DNA from: an uncultured Acidobacteriota bacterium
GTDB lineage: Bacteria; Acidobacteriota; UBA4820; DSQY01
Reading direction: 5' to 3'
Length of the DNA stretch: 64,000 bases
Assembly (NCBI GenBank): GCA_963772255.1
Contig: CAVYWK010000022.1
Location: 65,388 to 129,387 of the forward strand
In this document: piece after piece, positions 28,121 to 36,873 of the stretch
How the letters are laid out: every line of letters begins with the position of its first letter
How positions within the stretch are numbered: position 1 is the first letter of the stretch
The notes under the pieces: generated by a model
Databases searched by the model: none
Told to the model about the DNA's origin: nothing
What the model saw: the letters and a program-made list of their open reading frames with translations, nothing else
Program-made: the position numbers and the translations under genes

Positions 28121-28294
28121 GGGAGATCAATGCACTCTGCTCTCTTGGCGGCCTTCCATGCCTGAGGGCCGTCCGCGCGCCTTGGAGATTTCGGCGCACA
28201 GCCGGGCCACCTCCCCAAGCTAGACAAACGGCTGCCGCAGGCGTCTATTAGTAAGGAGCGCACGGGCGGAACCCGGCGTGCGAAGGAGCGGTTC

Positions 28295-30886
28295 ATGACG
28301 AGTCTCGGATTGAAGCGGGGATGCCTTGCGGCGATCCTCTTCGGGTTTTCTTGCGCGCTTTGGGCCGCGGGAAACCTCGTGCCCAAGTGGAACTACTACG
28401 CGCCGGCGGCCATCCTCTTCACCCCGACGGTGGGCTGGGACGGTTCGGTCTACATGGCCACGGACGACAGCCTGATCCGGGCCGTGTCCCCCGATGGACA
28501 GACGCTATGGGCGGTGGACCCGGGCGGTCGGCCTTCGGCGGCCATGGCGCTCCAGGGCAATCTGCTCTATTTCCCCACGAGCCAGGGAGATCTGGCGGCA
28601 TACGGTGTGGACGGAAGGCTCGCATGGCGAACGCACCTTGGCGGCGCGCTGAGCACCACGCCGGCCGTTGCGGCCGATGGGACGGTCTATGTGGGCGCCA
28701 TTTCTGGGCGCGTATACGCCATCGGGCAGCACGGGGTGATTCAGTGGTCCTTCAACACCGGCGATCCCATCATCACCAGCCCGGTCATCGGCAGTTCGGG
28801 GTGGATATTCGTGGCGTCCACGCACAACCTGTACGCCCTGAACTCGCACGGAGTTCCCCAGGCCATCACCCGGCTCCCCGACATGGTCACCTCCCCCCTT
28901 GCCCTCGACGCCGACGACAACCTCTTCTACGTGGACGCCGCGGGGTCCGCCTGGTCCCGCGCGCCGAACGGGGGCGAGCGCTGGCATTCGACGGGAAGCA
29001 CCACCCTCATCACCACCGCCGCCTCGCCGGTGATTTCTGCGGGGTCCGTGGTCCTCTCGGCCTCCTTCTCCACGCCGCCCGCGGCCACCTACTCCATCTC
29101 GGGAACCGTGACCCTGACGGACAACATCACCCCCGTACCCAACGTCTCGATCTCCACGGGAACCGTTTCCGCCCTCACGGATGCCACCGGAAAGTACACC
29201 CTCAACGGGCTGATCAGCGGGACCTACACGCTCACGCCCACGCTGTTGGATTTCGGCTTCACACCTTCCTCCATGAGCGTCATTGTGAACGGCGCCAACG
29301 AGACGGGAAAGGATTTCACCGCCCGGGCAGGGCGAAGCATCTCGGGGACGATCCTGGTCGGGTCCACCGGCCTCCCCGGGGTGACGGTCACCGAAACGAC
29401 CTACGGCACCACGGCCCTCACCGACACGGCGGGCGCCTACTCCCTCAAGGGCCTCGCGGACGGAGTCTACACGGTCACGCCCAGTTTAGCCTCCTATACC
29501 TTCGAGCCCATTTCGCAGGTCATCACCCTCCAGGGATTGAGCGTGGGGGGGGTGGATTTCTCGGCGACGCACACCACATCCTCCGCGGAGACGCCCGCCG
29601 CGGCCGGGGTGGCCGGCGTTGCGGAGGATGCCACGACCTACAAAGTGGGCTCCTACGACCGGTTCACCGGTGATCAGGACTGGACCCCGTTGAACATCGG
29701 GAGCCAATTCGGCCCCGCGATGTCTGCCGACGGTTTGCTCTTCGTACCCAGCACCGGCGACACGAAGGTCTATGTCCTTGACCGAGTTACGGGCAGCACG
29801 GAGGGCACCCTCATCCTCTCCGACGCCCCGGGTGACATGGTGCTGGCCGACACGGCTCCGGGGCCTCGACTCTACCTCATCTCGGGTACGCGGCTTCTGC
29901 TCTGCTACGGGGCCCTCTCCGGACCCGATCCCTCCGCCCCCTGGTCCCAGATCGGCGCCGGTCCCCGGCACCTCTACCGCCGCGATGACCCGCCCAGCGT
30001 CACACTCACCGCACCCAGCGCTGGACATGTTTCGGGCACGGTGCCCCTTGCCGCTACGGTCTCGGACGACCTCAGCCCCGATCTTCAGGTGCGGTATCTG
30101 GTGGATGGCATTTCCATCGGCTCGGCGGAACCGCCGACCTACGCATCCACCTGGAACACCCTGCTCTACCTCAACGGCTCTCACGTGGTGTCGGCGCAGG
30201 TGCGGGACTCGGCGGGCAGCGTCTCCGAGGACCATGTCACCGTCCTGGTGGCGAACTCCGGGACGCCGGTCACGGTGTACGCCGATTCTCCGCCCATGAC
30301 CTTCTCCTGGGCCGCGGGAACCGAGACCCAATTCCGCGTGGATGTGGCCTCCGACGGCGGCTTTCAGAACATCCTCGCAACGTCCAAGACTTCAGGGCAC
30401 AACTGGCTGGCAGACACGACCTGGACGCCCGGCGCGGGCGCCTGGAAAAATATTTTGTCATCGGCCAAGACGGCGGGATCCGACGATGCGTCCTTCTCCT
30501 GGCGCGTCGTGGGCAAATCCTCCAAGGCCTCCCTTCCGGGAGAGGGCGGGGTCGTCAGGATTGCCGGGCAGGTCCCGCCGACAGACCTGACACCGGACAA
30601 CGGGACCCCTGTCTCGCCAGAGACTCCCCCCGTGTTCACCTGGACCGCCCAGCACAACTCGTCCTTTCAAGTCCGGCTGAGCGAAACGCGGGAATTCAAT
30701 GTGGTTCGCCTCAAGAGCAAGGGCAAGAACGGGAAGTGGATCGCCGAGTCCACCTGGACCCCCGACGCGAAGGACTGGAAGAAGCTCGCGGGGAAGTACA
30801 GCCTTCTCTTCTGGGAGGTGGTGGGCGAGGATACCATCGGGCGAAAGAGCGCCAGCGTCGTCAACTCCCTCACCGTGGGGCCGTAA
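28295..30886 (+). CDS. large secreted protein: PQQ-like beta-propeller repeats + carboxypeptidase-regulatory-like (CarboxypepD_reg) repeats + Ig/Fn3-like C-terminal region
   Basis: 863 aa with a signal peptide. It has repeated ..DG(T/S)VY(V/M).. propeller blades and YSISGTVT..TDATGKYTLNGLISGTYTLTP-type repeats. Confidence 0.7.
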   Translation: MTSLGLKRGCLAAILFGFSCALWAAGNLVPKWNYYAPAAILFTPTVGWDGSVYMATDDSLIRAVSPDGQTLWAVDPGGRPSAAMALQGNLLYFPTSQGDLAAYGVDGRLAWRTHLGGALSTTPAVAADGTVYVGAISGRVYAIGQHGVIQWSFNTGDPIITSPVIGSSGWIFVASTHNLYALNSHGVPQAITRLPDMVTSPLALDADDNLFYVDAAGSAWSRAPNGGERWHSTGSTTLITTAASPVISAGSVVLSASFSTPPAATYSISGTVTLTDNITPVPNVSISTGTVSALTDATGKYTLNGLISGTYTLTPTLLDFGFTPSSMSVIVNGANETGKDFTARAGRSISGTILVGSTGLPGVTVTETTYGTTALTDTAGAYSLKGLADGVYTVTPSLASYTFEPISQVITLQGLSVGGVDFSATHTTSSAETPAAAGVAGVAEDATTYKVGSYDRFTGDQDWTPLNIGSQFGPAMSADGLLFVPSTGDTKVYVLDRVTGSTEGTLILSDAPGDMVLADTAPGPRLYLISGTRLLLCYGALSGPDPSAPWSQIGAGPRHLYRRDDPPSVTLTAPSAGHVSGTVPLAATVSDDLSPDLQVRYLVDGISIGSAEPPTYASTWNTLLYLNGSHVVSAQVRDSAGSVSEDHVTVLVANSGTPVTVYADSPPMTFSWAAGTETQFRVDVASDGGFQNILATSKTSGHNWLADTTWTPGAGAWKNILSSAKTAGSDDASFSWRVVGKSSKASLPGEGGVVRIAGQVPPTDLTPDNGTPVSPETPPVFTWTAQHNSSFQVRLSETREFNVVRLKSKGKNGKWIAESTWTPDAKDWKKLAGKYSLLFWEVVGEDTIGRKSASVVNSLTVGP

Positions 30887-30915
30887 ACGGTGCCTCCGGG
30901 AGATCCCGCGATTTC

Positions 30916-31275
30916 CTAGCGGTTTTCGGCCCGCGTGAGGACGGCGAAAAACGCAAGCGGTGCCGTCCCTGGGTTCGCCAACCCATGGGTGTGCCCCGCC
31001 TTGCACAGCCAGACATCGCCGGGGCCCACATCGAAGGACTCACCGTCCAGAAGCCCTACACCCTGGCCCTCCAGGACCAGATAGAGTTCCTCCGTCTCGG
31101 GGTGCAGGTGTTCGCCCACGGAGGCGCCCGGTTCCAGCGCGATCCGGCTCGCCATGAGGACCCCCGCCATCTCGTCAGGAGTCAGGTAGTCCACCGCCAG
31201 GGCTTTCCCCAATCCCCCGCGGATCTTCTCTTTGACCTGCGTAGGCAGGCTCTCAAGCCTCTTGATCATTTCCAT
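30916..31275 (-). CDS. cupin-domain protein
   Basis: Starts MEMIKRLES. It has the cupin motifs GASVGEHLHPETEELYLVLEG and GDVWLCKAGHTHGLAN. The longer ORF (to 31440) runs through a repeat array and a gene remnant. Confidence 0.8.
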   Translation of the reverse strand: MEMIKRLESLPTQVKEKIRGGLGKALAVDYLTPDEMAGVLMASRIALEPGASVGEHLHPETEELYLVLEGQGVGLLDGESFDVGPGDVWLCKAGHTHGLANPGTAPLAFFAVLTRAENR

Positions 31276-31276
31276 T

Positions 31277-31307
31277 CTCCCTGCTCCCCGCTCCCCGCTC
31301 CCGGTCC
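31277..31307. repeat. period-7 repeat array (GCTCCCY; GGGAGCR on the minus strand)
   Basis: The sequence tctccctgctccccgctccccgctcccggtcc lies between the aceF-end remnant and the cupin start codon. Confidence 0.7.
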
Positions 31308-31309
31308 TA

Positions 31310-31385
31310 CCCTTCCAGCGCCAAGAGCATGGGCTCCTCCAGGGCCTGGCAGACCCACCGGAGAAAGCGCGCGCCGTTGGCGCCG
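31310..31385 (-). pseudogene. orphan copy of the last ~25 codons of aceF (E2): ..GANGARFLRWVCQALEEPMLLALEG-stop
   Basis: It matches 36877-36952 (the real aceF 3' end) at 74/76 nt: one D->N change and one silent change, plus TAG instead of TGA just outside the aligned block. No upstream E2 sequence is attached. Confidence 0.85.
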
Positions 31386-31469
31386 GCCGGTCCAAGGCTT
31401 CAACGATAGCACGGGTCTCCCCGAGCCTCTCTTCCTTCACCCTGCGCTATACTGGCAAGTGAGGGTGCC

Positions 31470-32627
31470 ATGACCGTACCGGCCCGCGTCGACAGAGACA
31501 CCGACCCCGCCCTGTGGGCACTGCGCGAGCGAGTCAAGGAGCTCACCTGCCTCTATGGTATTGCCCAGATTGTGGACAGGACGGACATCTCCATGCAGGA
31601 GGTGGCCGAGCGCGTGGCTTCCCTCCTGCCTCCGGCCTGGCAGTATCCAGAATGCACCTGTGCCAGGGTGACTCTCAACGGCGAAGCCTTCCCATCCAAG
31701 CCCTTCCAAGAGAGCACTCAGCGCCTCGCTGCGGCGGTCGTGGTCGCCGATCACGCTCTTGGGCAAGTCGAGGTCTTTTACTCGGAAATCCGGCCGGCAG
31801 CGGACGAAGGCCCCTTTCTCAAGGAGGAGCGAAGCCTCATCAACGAAGTGGCCCGGCAGTTGTCCCTCATGGTGGAACGCCGCCAGGTGATGGAAGAAAA
31901 TATCCGGCTCGAGGATCAGCTCAGACACGCGGACCGGCTGGCCACCATCGGCCGACTTGCCGCCGGTGTAGCCCACGAACTCAACGAACCCCTTGGTGCC
32001 ATCCTTGGGTTTGCCCAGCTTACCCAAAGCAATTTCGGCATACCCGACCAGACGGCTCGGGACCTGGACAAGATCGTGAAGGCCTCGTTGAGGGCCAGGG
32101 AAATCGTCAAGAGACTGTTGATCTTCGCGCGCCAGACGCCCGCCCAGCGAGTACCCGTCGACCTCACCATGGTCGTGAAGGAGGGCATCTATCTTTTGAG
32201 GGCAAGGTGCGCTAAGGCGGGGATCTCCATCAAGCTGCATTTGGCGGCGGACCTCCCGGCCGTAGAAGGCGATGCGAACCTGTTGCAACAAGTGATCGTG
32301 AATCTGGCCGTGAACAGTATCCAGTCCATGCCCGGCGGAGGTGTGCTGGACATTACCGCCGGGGTGCATGAAGAATCCGTCGTGCTGAAAATCGAAGATT
32401 CCGGGGAGGGGATGACGGAGGAGGTGATGCGCCACGTGTTCACCCCCTTTTACACCACCAAGGATGTGGGTCAAGGAACCGGGCTCGGCCTTTCGGTCGT
32501 TCACGGCATCGTGACTTCGCACGGGGGACGGATCGAACTGGAAAGCGCCGTTGGAAAGGGAACGCGGGTAAGTATTCTCCTGCCTCGTGCGCATGAACCG
32601 GTCTGCGAAAAGAGGAGATCTCCATGA
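31470..32627 (+). CDS. sensor histidine kinase (cytoplasmic sensor domain + HisKA + HATPase_c)
   Basis: 385 aa. H-box AAGVAHELNEPL, N-box VNLAVNSIQSM, G-boxes DSGEGM and GTGLGLS. Confidence 0.85.
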   Translation: MTVPARVDRDTDPALWALRERVKELTCLYGIAQIVDRTDISMQEVAERVASLLPPAWQYPECTCARVTLNGEAFPSKPFQESTQRLAAAVVVADHALGQVEVFYSEIRPAADEGPFLKEERSLINEVARQLSLMVERRQVMEENIRLEDQLRHADRLATIGRLAAGVAHELNEPLGAILGFAQLTQSNFGIPDQTARDLDKIVKASLRAREIVKRLLIFARQTPAQRVPVDLTMVVKEGIYLLRARCAKAGISIKLHLAADLPAVEGDANLLQQVIVNLAVNSIQSMPGGGVLDITAGVHEESVVLKIEDSGEGMTEEVMRHVFTPFYTTKDVGQGTGLGLSVVHGIVTSHGGRIELESAVGKGTRVSILLPRAHEPVCEKRRSP

Positions 32628-33880
32628 CGGCTGTCCAGCGGACCGCGCGAATTCTCCTTGTCGACGATTCGCCGGACACCCTGGAAGTGTTGGAGCGGAA
32701 TCTGGCCAAGCACGGATTTACGGTCATGACCGCGCTGGATGCGCGGGAGGCCATGGCCATTCTTGAGCGAAGCTCCGTGGATCTGCTCATTACCGACGTG
32801 CGGATGCCGGGAATGAACGGTCTGGAACTTCTTCGCCACGTCCGGGAAACGTTTCCCGATACGCAAGTCATGCTGATCACCGGCTACGCCACCATCGAGG
32901 GTGCCGTAGAAGCGATGAAAACGGGCGCCGAAGAATACCTCTCCAAGCCGTTCACAACGGAGGAGCTTCTCGCCGCCGTGGGCCGGGTGCTCGAGAAACT
33001 CCGTACGATCCGCTCACGAAGGGCGGGAAGGTCCCCCGATCATTGGGGACTGGTCGGATCGTCCGAGGTCATGAGGCTCCTGTTTGACGCCGCGGATCGG
33101 GCCGCCCCGTCGCACACTCCCTTGCTCATGTTGGGGGAGGATGGGACCGGGCGGGAGAGCCTCGCGCGTGCGCTTTGTAATGCTGGCCCCCGCGCCGATC
33201 AGCCCTTTCTGGTCTTGAACGGGGAGACGACTCCCCCGGATACGCAGGGCAGGGAAATTGAGCACGGCCTAACTTTCACCCAAGGAGGCACACTGTTTCT
33301 CCGGGCTATTGAGTGCTGGTCGCCCGAGCTGGTGGAAGGGGTCGCTAAGCGTGCCGCAGATACCGCGCCTGGCTGCCGGTTCATGGTCTGTGCGGGATCG
33401 CAATTCCGGTTTCTGGTGGAACGCGGCGCCCTGCCCGGACAGATGGGCCCGCTCCTCAGCTGGGAGACCCTTCGGCTGCCTCCTCTGCGAGAGCGCGGGA
33501 TGGATGTCCTCCTGCTTGCCGAGAGCTTCGCACGGTCCATTGCAACAAACTGCGGCCTCAGGGTACCTGGGATGACGCCGCTTTTCCGTCAGGCGCTCCT
33601 GGCCTACCCCTGGCCCGGCAATGTGAGGGAACTCCGATCTGCGATCTCGGCAGCGGTTCGGGATGGCGCTTCCGATCCGCTGGATCTTCCGGATCTGCCC
33701 TCCACGATCAGGTCATGGAGCCCTTCCGGCGCGCCCGCGACGCGCCCGCTGGGCGAGGTGGAAGCGGAGTATATCCGCGTGGTATTGTCGAGCGTGCAAG
33801 GCAACAAGAGCCGCGCCGCCGAGATCCTCGGCATCGACCGCAAGACCCTCCGCGAAAAACTAAAGTCGGATACATCCTAG
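32624..33880 (+). CDS. NtrC-family response regulator (REC + degenerate AAA+ sigma54-interaction domain + Fis-type HTH)
   Basis: 418 aa. REC domain: ILLVDDSPD..DLLITDVRMPGMNG. Central domain: GEDGTGRE, GGTLFLRAIE, PGNVRELRSAI. C-terminal HTH: GNKSRAAEILGIDRKTLREKLK. Its ATG overlaps the kinase stop. Confidence 0.85.
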   Translation: MTAVQRTARILLVDDSPDTLEVLERNLAKHGFTVMTALDAREAMAILERSSVDLLITDVRMPGMNGLELLRHVRETFPDTQVMLITGYATIEGAVEAMKTGAEEYLSKPFTTEELLAAVGRVLEKLRTIRSRRAGRSPDHWGLVGSSEVMRLLFDAADRAAPSHTPLLMLGEDGTGRESLARALCNAGPRADQPFLVLNGETTPPDTQGREIEHGLTFTQGGTLFLRAIECWSPELVEGVAKRAADTAPGCRFMVCAGSQFRFLVERGALPGQMGPLLSWETLRLPPLRERGMDVLLLAESFARSIATNCGLRVPGMTPLFRQALLAYPWPGNVRELRSAISAAVRDGASDPLDLPDLPSTIRSWSPSGAPATRPLGEVEAEYIRVVLSSVQGNKSRAAEILGIDRKTLREKLKSDTS

Positions 33881-33990
33881 GAACCCAAAGAAAACTCTTG
33901 ACCGCAAAGGACGCTAAGGGCACGAAGAAGAAAGGAACACCTTTGGGCGTCCTTTGCGCTCTTCGCGGTTCGATGTTGCCTTCAGAACTC

Positions 33991-35148
33991 TTAGAAAATG
34001 ACCAGCAGGTTCAGGGCCGCGGTGAACTGGCGGTCCGTGAACCCTCCGCCCTTCTGGAACACGGGCCGATTGGACCAGTCCTGGCGGAAATCGGCGCGCA
34101 CGAGCAAATGCCCGCCGATTTTGTAGGACGGGGTGAGCGTGATCTCTTCAAGGCGCTGCGGCGTGCCCGTTCTCGCCCCGTCGCAATCGTCGAGGCGTTC
34201 CGCGCGCAAGGCCAAACCGAATCGGTCCGTAAACCCGTACACCGCGTACAACGCGGCGCCATACCATCGCGCGCTCGCCCCCGATGCCAAGGCGCCCCGC
34301 TCGTACCCGTCGTCCACGTTGAGTCCGAGGGTCAGCGCGTTCGTGGCTTTCCACGTGGCGCAGAAGTCGATCACGTTTCGCCAATTGGAGTTGTTGCTGT
34401 CCTGCTCGGGGCCACCGATGTAGTTCAGGGTCAAGGCGAGCGGGTCGACGGGTGTCACCACTACCTGTGCGCCGATGGTCTTCCCCGTGTTGTTGTCGCA
34501 GACATTGTCCCAGCCCTGCACGACCATGACGGAGCCCGAGACCTGGTCGGAGAAGGGGTAGGAGATCCTCAGACCTGTATTGGTGAAGGGGGCTGAGAAA
34601 CCGAAGAGGAAGGAGCGGCTGAAGTTGTCGTTGTAGGCATCGTAGCGGTCGATGGACTCGTACCCCACCGGCGCAAAGAACTTGCCAAGGTCAAAGCGTA
34701 GCCCGCGGCCGGCTTTGGCGACGTAGCTCACGTAGGCCTGCTCTATATCGAAGTGGCTCGCCTCGCCCGTCTCCACGTTCCTGAACAGACCGCTCGCCGC
34801 CGTGATCTCCGGCAGGGACTGCCCTCCGGCGAGATCCATGCGGAACCCGAATTCCCCCTGGGAGGCCGCGGCCTTCTGGACGGCGAGAGACAGCACATCG
34901 AGTTTCGCCGCATCGCTCTCGAAGTCGAAGATCCTGTAGCCATTGAGATCCGAATCGGGGTGGTTGTCGTTGTAGGTGTAGGAAAGGGAGGCGAAGAGAT
35001 CCACCTGGATTTTCTTGGTCCAGGGTCCGCTTTCGTCAGGCTTGAGGAGCGCCTGGGATCGGGCGGACAGGGGGGCGGCCAGCGCCGCCACCCCTGCCAG
35101 AACCCAGATGGCCGCCCGCCTAGCGGAGCTAAGGCTGGGAGGAGTCAT
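33991..35148 (-). CDS. outer-membrane beta-barrel porin (type commonly found next to amtB)
   Basis: 385 aa with a signal peptide, alternating amphipathic strands rich in Y/G/D/N, and a terminal ..NLLVIF (C-terminal Phe signature). It lies 3 nt downstream of amtB. Confidence 0.7.
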   Translation of the reverse strand: MTPPSLSSARRAAIWVLAGVAALAAPLSARSQALLKPDESGPWTKKIQVDLFASLSYTYNDNHPDSDLNGYRIFDFESDAAKLDVLSLAVQKAAASQGEFGFRMDLAGGQSLPEITAASGLFRNVETGEASHFDIEQAYVSYVAKAGRGLRFDLGKFFAPVGYESIDRYDAYNDNFSRSFLFGFSAPFTNTGLRISYPFSDQVSGSVMVVQGWDNVCDNNTGKTIGAQVVVTPVDPLALTLNYIGGPEQDSNNSNWRNVIDFCATWKATNALTLGLNVDDGYERGALASGASARWYGAALYAVYGFTDRFGLALRAERLDDCDGARTGTPQRLEEITLTPSYKIGGHLLVRADFRQDWSNRPVFQKGGGFTDRQFTAALNLLVIF

Positions 35149-35151
35149 GGC

Positions 35152-36399
35152 TCAGACGCCCTCTAGGTAGGCCTGTTCGCCATGTAGTCCCTCGTCCAAT
35201 CCCACCGTTTCGTGGGCTTCCTCAACCCTGACCTTCGTGATCTTGTTGATAACCCAGAGCATGGCCAGGGTGAAAACGAAAGCCCATATCGAGGAGAAAA
35301 CAACGGCCCACAACTCCACCAAGAAGAAATGGACGTTGCCCCTGAGCAGGCCGTCCACGCCGCCCGACGAGGCTGGATTAAATGCCGTGGTCGCGAAGAT
35401 GCCACACAGCACGATGCCCAGGAATCCGCCCACTCCGTGGACGCCCCAGACATCCAATGCATCGTCCCACTCCAACTTGTTTTTTAGGGCTACGGCATAG
35501 AAACAGACCACGCCCGCGATGATACCGATGAGGGCGGCGGTGGTGGGCGAGACGTAGCCCGCGGCCGGAGTGATGGTGGCCAGGCCCGCCACGGCGCCCG
35601 TGAGGAGGCCGAGAAACTTGGGCTTCTTGGAGGTCATCCAGTCCATCACCAACCACGCGATGGCGGCGAAGGAAGCGGAGATGTCCGTGTTGAGGAAGGC
35701 CACCGCCGTAACCGAGTCCACGCGAAACTCCGAACCGGCGTTGAACCCGTACCACCCGAACCACAGCAGTCCCGTCCCCAGGGCCACGAGGGGGATGCTG
35801 TGCGGCCCGCGGTCGAGGACCTTGCGCTTGCCCACATAGAGGATGGAGGCGAGGGCGGCGATGCCCGCGATGTTATGCACCACGATGCCGCCCGCAAAGT
35901 CCTTCACTCCCCAAGCGGCCATGATGCCGCCGCCCCACACCATATGGACGAAGGGGAAATAGACGAACAGCAGCCAACCCGTGAGGAAGAGCATATAGGC
36001 CTTGAATGTGACTCGGTTGGTGAAGGCCCCCGTGATGAGGGCCGGCGTGATGATGGCGAACATCATCTGGTAGGCGCAGAAGACGATCATGGGAATGGTG
36101 TCATTGGGAGAGGGCATATCGAGGGTAATGCCCCGAAGAAAGGCCCAGTGGAAATTCCCGACGATCCCGGCGAAGTCAGTTCCGCTCTGCAGGTCGCCCG
36201 AGAAGCACATGGAGAACCCCACGGCCCACCAGAGGACCGTCGTCCAACCCATGGAGACGAAGCTCTGGATCATGATGGCGAGCACGTTCTTCCGGCCCAC
36301 CAGCCCCCCGTAGAAAAACGCCAGCCCGGGGGTCATGAGCATGACCAGGCTGGAGCACAACAACATGAACGCGGTATTTCCCGTGTCGAGATGGAGCAT
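35152..36399 (-). CDS. amtB: ammonium transporter
   Basis: 415 aa, Amt/MEP family throughout (DTGNTAFMLLCSSLVMLMTPGLAFFYGG .. DFAGGIVVHNIAGIAALA .. WGVHGVGGFLG). Confidence 0.9.
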   Translation of the reverse strand: MLHLDTGNTAFMLLCSSLVMLMTPGLAFFYGGLVGRKNVLAIMIQSFVSMGWTTVLWWAVGFSMCFSGDLQSGTDFAGIVGNFHWAFLRGITLDMPSPNDTIPMIVFCAYQMMFAIITPALITGAFTNRVTFKAYMLFLTGWLLFVYFPFVHMVWGGGIMAAWGVKDFAGGIVVHNIAGIAALASILYVGKRKVLDRGPHSIPLVALGTGLLWFGWYGFNAGSEFRVDSVTAVAFLNTDISASFAAIAWLVMDWMTSKKPKFLGLLTGAVAGLATITPAAGYVSPTTAALIGIIAGVVCFYAVALKNKLEWDDALDVWGVHGVGGFLGIVLCGIFATTAFNPASSGGVDGLLRGNVHFFLVELWAVVFSSIWAFVFTLAMLWVINKITKVRVEEAHETVGLDEGLHGEQAYLEGV

Positions 36400-36873
36400 C
36401 GTCCCCCCCTTTCATTCCGTTTTCCCGGGGCACGCCCCGGACCCAACCTGCCCCTCGGTCATCAGGCACCGGTGGGCGAACACCGAAAATGCGGGGGCTT
36501 TCTCCCCACAATACGATTCAAGATGCTCCGGACTCGTAGGGTTGAGAAGTCGTGCGGAAAAGACACGACAAAATAGGGCGATATACCCCGATTAGTGGGT
36601 ATTATTTCCTCAGGTAGCCAGGTGGGAGGTTTGCATTTTGGGCACGGCTTCTAGCAGGAGCCACGGGCTTTGGCTCCGTGTTCCGGAGCACTGCCGCGGA
36701 CGGAGCGCAGTCCAGCCAGTTCACCCGGACAAAGTCACCGCGGGAAGGGGTGCGCTCCACCCCTCAACGAGTCGCCTCCTGCTTTTCCGAGGCAGGAGGC
36801 CGGGGTTCTTCACGGGTCCCCTGCTCACCAACTCTCCTACTCACCTGCGTTCCTTAATCTCAATCCCCAACGT

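Noticed and set aside
36600-36625. Sigma-54-like sequence TGGGCACGGCTTCTAGCA in the amtB leader region
   Set aside because: It is on the plus strand, pointing away from amtB and toward no credible gene. The GG-to-GC spacing is off by one relative to TGGCAC-N5-TTGC.
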